The translations under genes were made by a program, and so were the position numbers. Below the pieces are notes generated by a model. That model worked only from the letters and a program-made list of their open reading frames with translations. It was not told the origin of the DNA and did not search any database. Shown here piece by piece: positions 34,274 to 48,309 of a stretch of DNA of 64,000 bases. The stretch lies in the NCBI RefSeq assembly GCF_053078305.1, contig NZ_CP166879.1, one strand, 5' to 3'. The number at the start of each line of letters is the position of its first letter. Position 1 is the stretch's first letter.

Positions 34274-35077
34274 ATGAACGCATTATTAACCAATCCCTTT
34301 AAAGAACGTTTACGCAAGGGCGAAGTGCAAATTGGTCTGTGGTTAAGCTCAACGACTGCCTATATGGCAGAAATTGCCGCTACTTCCGGTTATGACTGGT
34401 TGCTGATTGACGGGGAGCATGCGCCAAACACCATTCAGGATCTTTATCACCAGCTACAGGCGGTAGCCCCCTATGCCAGCCAACCCGTGATCCGTCCGGT
34501 GGAAGGCAGTAAACCGCTGATTAAACAAATCCTGGATATTGGCGCGCAAACTCTACTGATCCCGATGGTCGATACTGCCGATCAGGCACGTCAGGTGGTG
34601 TCTGCCACGCGCTATCCTCCCTACGGTGAGCGTGGTGTCGGGGCCAGTGTGGCACGGGCTGCGCGCTGGGGACGCATTGAGAATTACATGGCGCAAGTTA
34701 ACGATTCACTTTGTCTGTTGGTGCAGGTGGAAAGTAAAACGGCACTGGATAATCTGGACGAAATCCTCGACGTCCAAGGGATTGATGGCGTGTTTATTGG
34801 ACCTGCGGATCTTTCTGCGTCGTTGGGCTACCCGGATAACGCCGGGCACCCGGAAGTGCAGCGAATTATTGAAACCAGTATTCGGCGGATCCGTGCTGCG
34901 GGTAAAGCGGCTGGTTTTCTGGCTGTGGCTCCTGATATGGCGCAGCAATGCCTGGCGTGGGGAGCGAACTTTGTCGCTGTTGGCGTTGACACGATGCTCT
35001 ACAGCGATGCCCTGGATCAACGACTGGCGATGTTTAAATCAGGCAAAAATGGGCCACGCATAAAAGGTAGTTATTGA
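34274..35077 (+). CDS. rhmA: 2-keto-3-deoxy-L-rhamnonate aldolase (HpcH/HpaI family)
   Basis: 267 aa from ATG at 34274 ([24 protein letters not shown]); the track ORF from 33971 is an over-extension. Confidence 0.9.
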   Translation: MNALLTNPFKERLRKGEVQIGLWLSSTTAYMAEIAATSGYDWLLIDGEHAPNTIQDLYHQLQAVAPYASQPVIRPVEGSKPLIKQILDIGAQTLLIPMVDTADQARQVVSATRYPPYGERGVGASVARAARWGRIENYMAQVNDSLCLLVQVESKTALDNLDEILDVQGIDGVFIGPADLSASLGYPDNAGHPEVQRIIETSIRRIRAAGKAAGFLAVAPDMAQQCLAWGANFVAVGVDTMLYSDALDQRLAMFKSGKNGPRIKGSY

Positions 35078-35117
35078 TATCAAAGGCCCATGGGGATCGG
35101 CTGTGGGCCTGTGTTAA

Positions 35118-35342
35118 TTAGTGGTTATTCGCTGCCAAATCGGCTTCGCTTAGCTGGGTGGCCGCGAGCACCTGGTCACGATCAATGCCCTGTTCCAGCA
35201 TGCGCAAAGCAATTTTAATGGCTTGTTCATGCATACCTTCCTGCAAACCTTCTAATTTACCTTGCTGCAAACCTACTAATTTACCTTCTTGCCAGCCAAT
35301 TTGATGTCCTTCCTGCCGTAGCCGTTCAGCAATAGTCATCAA
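35118..35342 (-). CDS. ypaA: YpaA: stand-alone copy of the Rpn C-terminal domain
   Basis: 74-aa [25 protein letters not shown]...[11 protein letters not shown]... nearly identical to the C-terminus of the adjacent rpnB. Confidence 0.75.
   Translation of the reverse strand: MMTIAERLRQEGHQIGWQEGKLVGLQQGKLEGLQEGMHEQAIKIALRMLEQGIDRDQVLAATQLSEADLAANNH
35241..35288. repeat. 24-bp coding tandem repeat x2 within ypaA (GKLEGLQ units)
   Basis: ctgcaaaccttctaatttaccttg / ctgcaaacctactaatttaccttc. Confidence 0.8.
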
Positions 35343-35351
35343 TCTCTCCTT

Positions 35352-36323
35352 TTAATGACAGTTCGGAATATCAGCATCAGTGAGTTGGGTTGCCGCCAGC
35401 ACAATCTCACGTTCAAAGCCCTGCTCCAGCATGCGCAAGGCAATTTTAATGGCTTGCTCATGCATGCCTTCCTGCAAACCTTCTAATTTACCTTTCTGCA
35501 GACCCTCCAATTTACCTTGCTGCAAACCTTCTAATTTACCTTCCTGCCAGCCAATTTGATGCCCTTCCTGCCTCAGCCGTTCAGCAATAGTCATTAATCT
35601 CTCCTTTTGTAGTGGTGAACGTTCGGCAATCTCCTGAATAAAACGGGTGAAACGGGAGGTATCGCCGCATTGCAGCAGATAATTAAACAGTGTTTGTAGC
35701 TGGCTGTCATTAGTGAAGCCTCTAACCAAAAGCGTGGTGATCCTGTCGACCATACCGATTAAATCGCGGTCGCGAATATGCTTTTGAATCAGTTCAAGCA
35801 GAGCTATACGCCGATGTTGCATGATCTCATCGTCAGGTACGATGGTAATATCCACCAACGGAAAAGCTTCGGTGTACAACTGCCGGGCAAGTTGCGGATC
35901 GTCAAACTCATCCAGCCAGTTGAGTGAGTACGGGTAGGGCGAGGTTTCGCCATGATAAAACAGCAACGGCACCACCAGCGGGACTCTGTCATAGCCTTTG
36001 TCCAGGTGACGCTGCATGGCGGCAGTGGCATAGCGCATTAGCCGAAAAGCCATATTCTTTTCTGCAGAGCTTTGATGTTCAATCACGCAGTAGATATAGC
36101 CGTCACCGTCGCTGGTTTCCACGGACCACAAAACATCCGAGTAGTAAGCGCGTAAACTTTTTTCAATAAAACTAGTGGGTTCCAGGCGTAAGGTTTGCAG
36201 GTTGCAAAGCTTGCGCAGTGGTTCTGGTAAATGTATTTCGAGAAAATCCCGTGCGGTTTCGGGTGTGAACATAAAGGTTTTAAATACTGCATCATGCGGG
36301 GAGGAGGTTGTTGATTCGGTCAT
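35352..36323 (-). CDS. rpnB: recombination-promoting nuclease RpnB (YhgA-like, PD-(D/E)XK, transposase_31 family)
   Basis: Rpn-family N-terminus ([10 protein letters not shown]...), C-terminal repeat domain duplicated in ypaA; exact start not verified. Confidence 0.8.
   Translation of the reverse strand: MTESTTSSPHDAVFKTFMFTPETARDFLEIHLPEPLRKLCNLQTLRLEPTSFIEKSLRAYYSDVLWSVETSDGDGYIYCVIEHQSSAEKNMAFRLMRYATAAMQRHLDKGYDRVPLVVPLLFYHGETSPYPYSLNWLDEFDDPQLARQLYTEAFPLVDITIVPDDEIMQHRRIALLELIQKHIRDRDLIGMVDRITTLLVRGFTNDSQLQTLFNYLLQCGDTSRFTRFIQEIAERSPLQKERLMTIAERLRQEGHQIGWQEGKLEGLQQGKLEGLQKGKLEGLQEGMHEQAIKIALRMLEQGFEREIVLAATQLTDADIPNCH
35472..35543. repeat. 24-bp coding tandem repeat x3 within rpnB 3' region
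   Basis: ctgcaaaccttctaatttaccttt / ctgcagaccctccaatttaccttg / ctgcaaaccttctaatttaccttc, encoding [22 protein letters not shown]. Confidence 0.85.
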
Positions 36324-36470
36324 GGTTGTCCGTCACCTGATATTTATGATGACGCGACATTACGGTTATCCCAGGCCTTTGACATCTGCCAGTTTCAGCC
36401 TTTGCGAGACGTTTTCAGAGGAATTTTCACTGCGTTGCAACGCATACATTGGGCACGGAATCGTGTACGC

Positions 36471-36504
36471 AAAAATGCCCGGTAACCACATGCTTACCGG
36501 GCAT
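36471..36504 (-). terminator. rho-independent terminator of glpACB
   Basis: On minus strand: hairpin gcccggtaagcatgtggttaccgggc followed by ttttt, just downstream of glpC stop. Confidence 0.75.
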
Positions 36505-36515
36505 CAGAAAGGAGT

Positions 36516-40580
<4,065 letters not shown>

Positions 40581-40852
40581 TGTTATCCCTCTGAAGTTCG
40601 TTTTTTACCATTTAGCCATAGTAAAAACATGAATTGTTTGATTTCGCGCATATTCGCTCATAATTCGAAAGTGAAACGTGATTTCATGCGTCATTTTGAA
40701 CATTCTGTAAATCTTATTTAATAATGTGTGCGGCAATTCACATTTAATTTATGAATGTTTTCTTAACATCGCGGCAACTCAAGAAACGGCAGGTTCTCTC
40801 ACTGAATCAGGCTGTTAATCATAAATAAGACCACGGGCCACGGAGGCTATCA
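40581..40852. promoter_or_regulatory. divergent glpACB / glpTQ control region (expected GlpR operators and CRP site)
   Basis: 272-bp AT-rich spacer between divergent starts; contains TGTTC-type half-sites (e.g. aatgttcaaaatgacgcatgaaatcacgtttcac on the glpA strand); individual operators not mapped. Confidence 0.6.
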
Positions 40853-42211
40853 ATGTTGAGTATTTTTAAACCAGCGCCACACAAAGCGCGCTTACCTGCC
40901 GCGGAGATCGATCCGACTTATCGTCGATTGCGCTGGCAAATTTTCCTGGGGATATTCTTTGGCTATGCTGCTTACTATTTGGTTCGTAAGAACTTTGCGC
41001 TTGCTATGCCTTATCTGGTTGAGCAGGGATTCTCACGCGGTGATTTAGGTTTTGCCCTTTCGGGGATCTCGATTGCTTATGGATTTTCGAAATTCATCAT
41101 GGGTTCGGTATCGGATCGCTCGAATCCGCGCGTTTTCCTGCCCGCAGGTTTGATTCTGGCGGCGGCAGTGATGTTGTTTATGGGCTTTGTGCCATGGGCG
41201 ACGTCGAGCATTGCGGTGATGTTTGTACTGTTGTTCCTCTGCGGTTGGTTCCAGGGGATGGGGTGGCCGCCGTGTGGTCGTACTATGGTGCACTGGTGGT
41301 CGCAGAAAGAACGTGGCGGCATTGTGTCAGTGTGGAACTGTGCGCACAACGTCGGTGGTGGTATTCCGCCGCTGCTGTTCCTGCTGGGGATGGCCTGGTT
41401 CAATGACTGGCACGCGGCGCTCTATATGCCCGCTTTTTGCGCCATTCTGGTGGCATTATTCGCCTTTGCGATGATGCGCGATACCCCGCAATCCTGTGGC
41501 TTGCCGCCGATCGAAGAGTACAAAAATGATTATCCGGACGACTATAACGAAAAAGCGGAACAGGAGCTGACCGCGAAGCAAATCTTCATGCAGTACGTGC
41601 TGCCGAACAAACTGCTGTGGTACATCGCCATCGCCAACGTGTTCGTTTATCTGCTGCGTTACGGCATCCTCGACTGGTCACCGACTTATCTGAAAGAGGT
41701 TAAGCATTTCGCGCTGGATAAATCCTCCTGGGCCTACTTCTTCTATGAGTATGCGGGTATTCCGGGCACCCTGCTGTGCGGCTGGATGTCGGATAAAGTC
41801 TTCCGTGGCAACCGTGGGGCAACCGGCGTTTTCTTTATGACACTGGTGACCATCGCGACTATCGTTTACTGGATGAACCCGGCAGGTAACCCAACCGTCG
41901 ATATGATTTGTATGATTGTTATCGGCTTCCTGATCTACGGCCCTGTGATGCTGATCGGTCTGCATGCGCTGGAACTGGCACCGAAAAAAGCGGCAGGAAC
42001 GGCAGCGGGCTTTACCGGTCTGTTTGGTTACCTGGGCGGTTCGGTGGCGGCGAGCGCGATTGTTGGCTACACCGTGGACTTCTTCGGCTGGGATGGCGGC
42101 TTTATGGTAATGATTGGCGGCAGCATTCTGGCGGTTATCTTGTTGATTGTTGTGATGATTGGCGAAAAACGTCGCCATCAGGAATTACTGCAAAAACGCA
42201 ACGGAGGCTAA
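40853..42211 (+). CDS. glpT: glycerol-3-phosphate:phosphate antiporter (MFS)
   Basis: 452-aa 12-TM MFS protein [48 protein letters not shown]. Confidence 0.95.
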   Translation: MLSIFKPAPHKARLPAAEIDPTYRRLRWQIFLGIFFGYAAYYLVRKNFALAMPYLVEQGFSRGDLGFALSGISIAYGFSKFIMGSVSDRSNPRVFLPAGLILAAAVMLFMGFVPWATSSIAVMFVLLFLCGWFQGMGWPPCGRTMVHWWSQKERGGIVSVWNCAHNVGGGIPPLLFLLGMAWFNDWHAALYMPAFCAILVALFAFAMMRDTPQSCGLPPIEEYKNDYPDDYNEKAEQELTAKQIFMQYVLPNKLLWYIAIANVFVYLLRYGILDWSPTYLKEVKHFALDKSSWAYFFYEYAGIPGTLLCGWMSDKVFRGNRGATGVFFMTLVTIATIVYWMNPAGNPTVDMICMIVIGFLIYGPVMLIGLHALELAPKKAAGTAAGFTGLFGYLGGSVAASAIVGYTVDFFGWDGGFMVMIGGSILAVILLIVVMIGEKRRHQELLQKRNGG

Positions 42212-42215
42212 TGGC

Positions 42216-43292
42216 ATGAAATTGACGCTGAAAAACCTTAGCATGGCGATCATGATGAGCACTATAGTCATGGGAAGCAGTGCAATGGCGGCGGACAGCA
42301 ACGAAAAAATAGTCATCGCCCATCGCGGTGCCAGTGGATATTTGCCGGAGCATACGCTGCCAGCAAAAGCGATGGCGTATGCGCAGGGAGCGGATTATCT
42401 GGAACAGGATTTGGTGATGACCAAAGACGACCATCTGGTTGTTCTGCATGACCATTACCTCGATCGTGTTACTGATGTTGCCGATCGTTTCCCGGATCGG
42501 GCGCGCAAAGACGGTCGTTACTACGCGATAGATTTCACGCTGGATGAAATTAAGTCGTTGAAATTTACCGAAGGTTTCGATATTGAAAACGGTAAAAAAG
42601 TGCAGACTTATCCAGGGCGTTTCCCAATGGGTAAGTCCGACTTCCGGGTGCACACATTTGAAGAAGAGATTGAATTTGTTCAGGGGTTAAATCACTCTAC
42701 CGGGAAAAATATCGGTATCTATCCAGAAATCAAAGCGCCGTGGTTCCATCATCAGGAAGGGAAGGATATTGCGGCAAAAACGCTGGAAGTGCTGAAGAAA
42801 TATGGTTACACCGGTAAAGACGATAAAGTTTATTTGCAATGTTTTGATGCTGATGAGCTGAAGCGTATTAAGAATGAGCTGGAACCCAAAATGGGCATGG
42901 ATCTCAATCTGGTACAGCTGATTGCCTATACCGACTGGAATGAAACGCAGCAGAAACAGCCGGACGGAAGCTGGGTTAATTACAACTACGACTGGATGTT
43001 TAAGCCGGGTGCCATGAAACAGGTGGCGGAATATGCAGATGGTATTGGTCCGGATTACCATATGTTGATTGAGGAGACATCGCAGCCGGGTAATATCAAA
43101 CTCACTGGCATGGTGCAAGATGCTCAGCAGAACAAGCTGGTAGTGCATCCTTATACCGTGCGGTCAGATAAACTGCCTGAATACACAACTGATGTGAATC
43201 AGTTATATGATGCTCTGTATAACAAAGCGGGTGTAAATGGGTTGTTTACTGATTTCCCTGATAAAGCGGTTAAATTCCTTAATAAAGAGTAA
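42216..43292 (+). CDS. glpQ: periplasmic glycerophosphodiester phosphodiesterase
   Basis: 358 aa from MKLTLKNLSMAIMMSTIVMGSSAMA signal peptide; GDPD motif IVIAHRGASGYLPEHT. Confidence 0.93.
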   Translation: MKLTLKNLSMAIMMSTIVMGSSAMAADSNEKIVIAHRGASGYLPEHTLPAKAMAYAQGADYLEQDLVMTKDDHLVVLHDHYLDRVTDVADRFPDRARKDGRYYAIDFTLDEIKSLKFTEGFDIENGKKVQTYPGRFPMGKSDFRVHTFEEEIEFVQGLNHSTGKNIGIYPEIKAPWFHHQEGKDIAAKTLEVLKKYGYTGKDDKVYLQCFDADELKRIKNELEPKMGMDLNLVQLIAYTDWNETQQKQPDGSWVNYNYDWMFKPGAMKQVAEYADGIGPDYHMLIEETSQPGNIKLTGMVQDAQQNKLVVHPYTVRSDKLPEYTTDVNQLYDALYNKAGVNGLFTDFPDKAVKFLNKE

Positions 43293-43301
43293 TGCTGCTA
43301 C

Positions 43302-43332
43302 TGCAGGATGGCGTTCATGCGCCATCCTCTGC
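43302..43332 (+). terminator. hairpin downstream of glpQ
   Basis: ggatggcgc atgaacgc gccatcc inverted repeat; weak T-run. Confidence 0.45.
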
Positions 43333-43515
43333 TAAAGCGAAATAATGCTACTACCGGTTATTCTTTTCATTAACCGGTGCGTCCTGTAAAAAAGATGCCA
43401 ACATAATTTTCGTAAAACTCATTCGTTAAAAAAGCTAACACTGGGCATTGTTATTCTTTAAACAGTATGAATAGGTCTCAATAATAAATTGTAATGCAGT
43501 TTATACTGTAAAGTA

Positions 43516-44622
43516 TTATTCTAATTTCGGAAAGGTAAAGAAAATATTAATGTATCTTATTAATTTATCATATTGTTCTTGGGTGAATGCTGTTTGCACA
43601 CCTTCAGGGCAATATTTACCAGTAATAACCAGTTGCCCATTGCTGTGTTGTACCATTAAACCTTCTTTTTCCTTTGGATCTACAAACTTAGAATTATCAA
43701 ATGTGAAGATATTTTTTTCCTGTTTTGAGTAAGCAAAGAAATCTCGTGTATAGCTGAAACTATCATTTATTAATGGTGCTAACTTTTTGTCGGTGATATC
43801 GATAAGCTCACCACTTAATTTATTGATGTATTTCATTTGGTTCAATTTTTTCTGCGCTTGTACAATTTGCTTGTAGGTATTTTTAATTTCCTTAGAAGAA
43901 TTCTTGAATTTATCATAGCGTTCCTCGGAGGATGCGTATTTGTACCATTCTGTATTTTTTCTCAGAATGTAGTAGCAGGTCTGTATATTTTTTTGATCGC
44001 TGTAAAGTTGACTTTTAATACTTTCCTTACTGCTGGTTTTATAAGGTTTATCAGAGCTGTTTATTTTTGAAATGTCTTTTTCTGTCGGTGACTGGACCGT
44101 GTTGTGGATATTTTCTTTTATAACATGTTCATTGATGATGTTAATTGCAGTTTCATATTCATTTAAGTTTATTGTTCTTTGTGAAATAAACCCTTCTTTG
44201 CTTTCGACACTCAAAATACCTTCGTTGTTTTCACCTCGGGTAAAGGTAAGGGTATAGGGTTCATAATCCGCTGCAAATTCATTTTTATACGTTATGACAT
44301 GTTCGACAAAATGTCTTATTGGTACGAAACCATAACTGTGAACGTCAATTTTTTGGGTCTTGATACTATCAATTGCATCTGAGGCTTTCGTGAAAAAAGC
44401 CAATAAATTAGCTATGCTGTCTGTTGAGGTTGATAACCCGTATCTACTTTGAGATATTTTTAGAAACTCATCGCAAAAAAACTCAAGTTTGGCGGTTTGT
44501 TGTGATTCTTTGTAAATTTCTGCTGGTTGCAATTTATTATTTTGTAAAATATTATAGCGAGATAAGTGAATAGATGTATCTGGCATAAATGATTCCTTGT
44601 ATTGTGAGTTAACAAGATACAA
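43516..44622 (-). CDS. hypothetical protein, 368 aa, strongly low-GC, no recognisable domain
   Basis: Long uninterrupted ORF in DNA of roughly one-third GC by eye; Lys/Asn/Ser/Tyr-rich, no signal peptide or TM segment; absent from my recollection of the K-12 glpQ-inaA interval. Confidence 0.55.
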   Translation of the reverse strand: MYLVNSQYKESFMPDTSIHLSRYNILQNNKLQPAEIYKESQQTAKLEFFCDEFLKISQSRYGLSTSTDSIANLLAFFTKASDAIDSIKTQKIDVHSYGFVPIRHFVEHVITYKNEFAADYEPYTLTFTRGENNEGILSVESKEGFISQRTINLNEYETAINIINEHVIKENIHNTVQSPTEKDISKINSSDKPYKTSSKESIKSQLYSDQKNIQTCYYILRKNTEWYKYASSEERYDKFKNSSKEIKNTYKQIVQAQKKLNQMKYINKLSGELIDITDKKLAPLINDSFSYTRDFFAYSKQEKNIFTFDNSKFVDPKEKEGLMVQHSNGQLVITGKYCPEGVQTAFTQEQYDKLIRYINIFFTFPKLE

Positions 44623-45049
44623 TTTAATCTTTGCAGAATATATTCACTATCAAATTTAGCTCATTTTATTACGAAGACCTTTACGCATGTTAGAAAGTAT
44701 CATTATTGTTAATAAATACGGTAATAAGTAACAAACAGATATTGATAGCTTCCCTGACAAGTTATTAGGTATCCCACTTGAAGATTGAGAATGGCTCCAG
44801 AGTAAACTGTGTACTGTTCGCCGGAGTGTCATTACTCTCAACAATCGGATTTGACAGTGAGTCGGGCGCTTCATACCGGTTTCTACCTGGAGTCATTGTC
44901 ACTTCTCCCAACTGGATAAATATATCGCCAATTCACAAAGTGGGCCAAAATCAGGTGAAAACGAATTATTACGCCTGGTAAAGGCTATAGTACAACTAAG
45001 TGTGGCGAATCAGGCAGTCTTGCATTTGTCATCAATCTCATGTCTTACA

Positions 45050-45928
45050 TCAAATTTTTCCACTCACCACTAGTTGTTCCGTACACATTTGTAGTAAAAA
45101 CAGTGGACTGCCTTCTACCGGCTTTTCTTTAGCCAGCAACGAAATCTGTCGATAGAAGGTTGGTTCGAGAGGAACGGAACACAATTCATCTGCAATGGTT
45201 TTCAGCGTTAACTCTGGTAATAAGGCGATGCCTAATCCCTGTCGAATAAAACTGATCGCTGTATCCGGGTGATTAAATTCATATTTTATCTGTGGGGTAA
45301 TATTCTTTTCTTTAAATAGTGCCATAATGCTTAATTCATAGCGTCCTTTACTAATGATTAATGGTTCACCCATTAATTCTTCCACTGTAATAGTGCTGTT
45401 TTTTGCCAGAGCATGGTTGGGCGGTAACACTACGGTGAATTTATCCTGATAAATGGGCACGGAGTACATTCCGCTCACCGGAAAATGAACAAAACCGGCA
45501 TCAATGGATTCATTCTGAAGCGAATCAATAATCGCTGTGCTATTTTCCTCAAAAGGAATAATTTTTATATTCGGATGATGAATTTCAAAGTAGCGAATCA
45601 CAACCGGTAAGATACAGGCGCAGACGCTGGGGAAACAACCAAGTCTCAGCGTTCTTTGAGGGTTCTGCTTTTCCTGCTCGGCTATCTCTTTTACTGCGTT
45701 AACTTCCCGATTAATGGCGCGCAGATGTTGCACAATGCGATGACCTGCTGTGGTCAGTTGTATAGCTTTACGGCGATCGCGTAACAGTATATTCACACCA
45801 AGTTCTTGTTCGAGGGCAGCAATTGCCTGACTTACCGCCGACTGCGTCATGAACAATCGCTTGCTGGCTTCAGTAAAGCCACCGTAATCCAGCACGGCGA
45901 GTAAAGAATTTATTTGGGTAAGAGTCAT
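45050..45928 (-). CDS. yfaH: LysR-family transcriptional regulator (intact counterpart of K-12 yfaH pseudogene)
   Basis: 292 aa; N-terminal LysR HTH MTLTQINSLLAVLDYGGFTEASKRLFMTQSAVSQAIAALEQELG; divergent from an MFS transporter gene. Confidence 0.75.
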   Translation of the reverse strand: MTLTQINSLLAVLDYGGFTEASKRLFMTQSAVSQAIAALEQELGVNILLRDRRKAIQLTTAGHRIVQHLRAINREVNAVKEIAEQEKQNPQRTLRLGCFPSVCACILPVVIRYFEIHHPNIKIIPFEENSTAIIDSLQNESIDAGFVHFPVSGMYSVPIYQDKFTVVLPPNHALAKNSTITVEELMGEPLIISKGRYELSIMALFKEKNITPQIKYEFNHPDTAISFIRQGLGIALLPELTLKTIADELCSVPLEPTFYRQISLLAKEKPVEGSPLFLLQMCTEQLVVSGKI

Positions 45929-46079
45929 TAGAGTTTGCTAATCAATAATATTAAAACGATTAATTTCTCTAATAGCATGCCGCCATTTATACTTCTGTTC
46001 TGCAAAGTACATCACAATTTGACGCAACCGCAGTAACGGGAGTGTTGTCTGCGTGCGTCATCCTGACAGGCGGTAGGGT

Positions 46080-47270
46080 ATGAAAGAGAAGTTATGGACG
46101 AAAGATTTTTGGGCAATCACCATTATTAGCTTTATTATCTTTTTCGTCTTTTATGTGTTGCTGACCTTATTACCTATTTATATCTCCGATCGTCTCCATG
46201 CATCCCCTGATAAAGCTGGTCTGCTGGTGACATTATTTTTAATTGCGGCGATTGTTATTCGACCCTTTGCCGGGCAATGGGTGGGTAAATATTCGAATAA
46301 AACTATTCTGGTGCTCTCTTCTCTGGCCTTTTTGGTGGTCACTGCGCTGTATCCTTTTTGCCACTCAATAGAATCACTGCTTTTTATTAGGGTGCTTCAT
46401 GGTATTACCTTCGGGGTTATCACAACGGTAAAGGGAACGATTTCCGCGCGGCTGATCCCGGCCTCCCGACGTGGGGAGGGCATCAGTTTTTTCTCTCTGG
46501 CAATGGGGCTGGCAATGGTGGTCGGGCCGTGGATTGGCCTGAATATGGCGCGCTGGGAGGCCTTTAATATGGCTTTCTGGTTATGTACTGGCGTTGCGGC
46601 GGTGGGGATTATCCTGTCGCTGATTATGACCGTGCCGCCGGTTATCAGCCATGCCGACGGTTCAAAGCCAAAGATGGGCTTCGCCGCCATGTTCGATCGC
46701 GCGGCGTTGCCATTTGCGATGGTCACCTTTTTTATGACCTTTTCGTATGCCGGGGTTTCTGCTTTTCTGGCGCTTTATGCTCGCGAACTTAACCTGATGT
46801 CGGCGGCCAGTAATTTCCTGCTTTGCTACGCCATCTTCCTGATGATCTGCCGTACCTTTACCGGCAATGTCTGCGACAAAAAAGGACCGAAATATGTGGT
46901 TTACCCTTGCCTTGTGTTCTTTACGGTAGGACTGGTGGTTCTCGGCTACACCCAGGGAAGCATAATGATGGTTGTTTCTGGCGCGTTGATTGGTATCGGG
47001 TATGGTTCCGTGACGCCAGTTTTTCAGACGCAGATTATCAGTTCAGTGGAACCCCATAAAATTGGTGTCGCAAACTCCCTCTTCTTCAATGCGATGGATG
47101 CAGGCCTGGCGCTGGGAGCCTGTGTGATGGGGATGATGGTTGCACATACTGGCTACCGAATGATTTATCTGCTGGGCGCACTATTAGTGGTAGTGGCTGG
47201 TGGAGTCTATGCGCTGCAAATGAAGGGTAAAAGCGGTGTCGTGCTAGTAGTGGCAAAAGAAATTCATTAA
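46080..47270 (+). CDS. MFS-type transporter (12 TM), substrate unknown
   Basis: 396-aa hydrophobic ORF with MFS signature GQWVGKYSNK-type loop; divergently paired with the LysR regulator. Confidence 0.75.
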   Translation: MKEKLWTKDFWAITIISFIIFFVFYVLLTLLPIYISDRLHASPDKAGLLVTLFLIAAIVIRPFAGQWVGKYSNKTILVLSSLAFLVVTALYPFCHSIESLLFIRVLHGITFGVITTVKGTISARLIPASRRGEGISFFSLAMGLAMVVGPWIGLNMARWEAFNMAFWLCTGVAAVGIILSLIMTVPPVISHADGSKPKMGFAAMFDRAALPFAMVTFFMTFSYAGVSAFLALYARELNLMSAASNFLLCYAIFLMICRTFTGNVCDKKGPKYVVYPCLVFFTVGLVVLGYTQGSIMMVVSGALIGIGYGSVTPVFQTQIISSVEPHKIGVANSLFFNAMDAGLALGACVMGMMVAHTGYRMIYLLGALLVVVAGGVYALQMKGKSGVVLVVAKEIH

Positions 47271-47350
47271 TACGACACGTTTCATTAAGATTTTTCGCAG
47301 GTAACCACCTATAGTCATTGTCGTTAATAAAAAATGACAGGCGATAGGGT

Positions 47351-48001
47351 ATGGCAGTTTCAGCAAAGCACGACGAATTTAATCACTGGTGGGCAACAGA
47401 GGGCGACTGGGTTGAAGAGCCTAACTATCGCCGTAATGGTATGAGCGGGGTGCAATGCGTCGAGCGCAACGGCAAAAAGCTATATGTAAAGCGCATGACG
47501 CATCATCTGTTTCATTCCGTACGTTATCCTTTCGGCCGACCAACGATTGTCCGTGAGGTTGCGGTAATTAAAGAACTGGAACGGGCCGGTGTCATCGTGC
47601 CGAAGATCGTTTTTGGTGAAGCGGTGAAAATTGAGGGTGAATGGCGAGCGTTGCTGGTGACTGAAGATATGGCGGGGTTCATCAGCATTGCTGACTGGTA
47701 TGCCCAGCATGCAGTATCGCCTTATTCTGACGAAGTACGGCAAGCCATGTTGAAAGCAGTGGCGCTGGCGTTTAAGAAAATGCATAGCATTAATCGTCAG
47801 CATGGCTGTTGTTATGTTCGCCATATCTATGTGAAAACAGAAGGTAAGGCAGAAGCTGGTTTTCTTGACCTGGAGAAAAGTCGTCGCCGCTTGCGTCGCC
47901 ATAAAGCGATCAATCATGACTTCCGCCAGCTGGAAAAATATCTGGAGCCAATTCCCAAAGCGGACTGGGAGCAGGTAAAAGCGTATTACTACGCCATGTA
48001 A
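47351..48001 (+). CDS. inaA: acid-inducible Kdo/WaaP-family kinase-like protein InaA
   Basis: 216-aa ORF MAVSAKHDEFNHWWATEGDWVEEPNYRRNGMSGVQ... Confidence 0.88.
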   Translation: MAVSAKHDEFNHWWATEGDWVEEPNYRRNGMSGVQCVERNGKKLYVKRMTHHLFHSVRYPFGRPTIVREVAVIKELERAGVIVPKIVFGEAVKIEGEWRALLVTEDMAGFISIADWYAQHAVSPYSDEVRQAMLKAVALAFKKMHSINRQHGCCYVRHIYVKTEGKAEAGFLDLEKSRRRLRRHKAINHDFRQLEKYLEPIPKADWEQVKAYYYAM

Positions 48002-48004
48002 TCG

Positions 48005-48050
48005 TTGTAGGCCAGATAAGACGCATAAGCGTCGTATCTGGCACTACAAC
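48005..48050. repeat. REP-like palindromic element between inaA and yfaE
   Basis: gtaggccagataagacgcataagcgtcgtatctggcactac imperfect palindrome of REP type. Confidence 0.6.
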
Positions 48051-48054
48051 CAAT

Positions 48055-48309
48055 TCACATCTCGATTTCAATATCGCCTTTTGCCCGGCAACAACAGGGC
48101 AAAATTTCCCCCGGCTGAATAAAGGCTAACGGTTCGGCAATCCAGTCCACCTGACCTGCGACCAGTCGGGTGCGACAGGAGCCGCAGTAACCTTCGCGGC
48201 ACTGGTACTCAACCGCCACATTGTGGGATTCCAGCGCCGCCAGAAGGGAAGGGTGTTCATCCTGGCACAGCAGTTGTGTGCCAGTGATGCGCAGGGTAAC
48301 GCGAGCCAT
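48055..48309 (-). CDS. yfaE: 2Fe-2S ferredoxin YfaE (NrdB diferric-tyrosyl radical maintenance)
   Basis: 84 aa with Cys ligands (CREGYCGSCRTRL ... CCC); immediately downstream of nrdB. Confidence 0.9.
   Translation of the reverse strand: MARVTLRITGTQLLCQDEHPSLLAALESHNVAVEYQCREGYCGSCRTRLVAGQVDWIAEPLAFIQPGEILPCCCRAKGDIEIEM

Noticed and set aside
35241-35543. Possible CRISPR array suggested by regularly spaced direct repeats
   Set aside because: The repeats are 24-bp in-frame coding repeats within rpnB and ypaA with no unique spacers and no cas genes nearby
35352-36323. Possible IS element or transposase (transposase_31-like protein)
   Set aside because: The Rpn/YhgA family is a chromosomal nuclease family; there are no terminal inverted repeats or target-site duplications flanking the gene
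44623-45049. Short ORFs 44656..44874 (minus) and 44778..44981 (plus) in the spacer upstream of the unknown 368-aa gene
   Set aside because: They overlap each other on opposite strands and lack RBS-like context; more likely non-coding promoter or leader DNA, although a small RNA or small protein cannot be excluded without expression data
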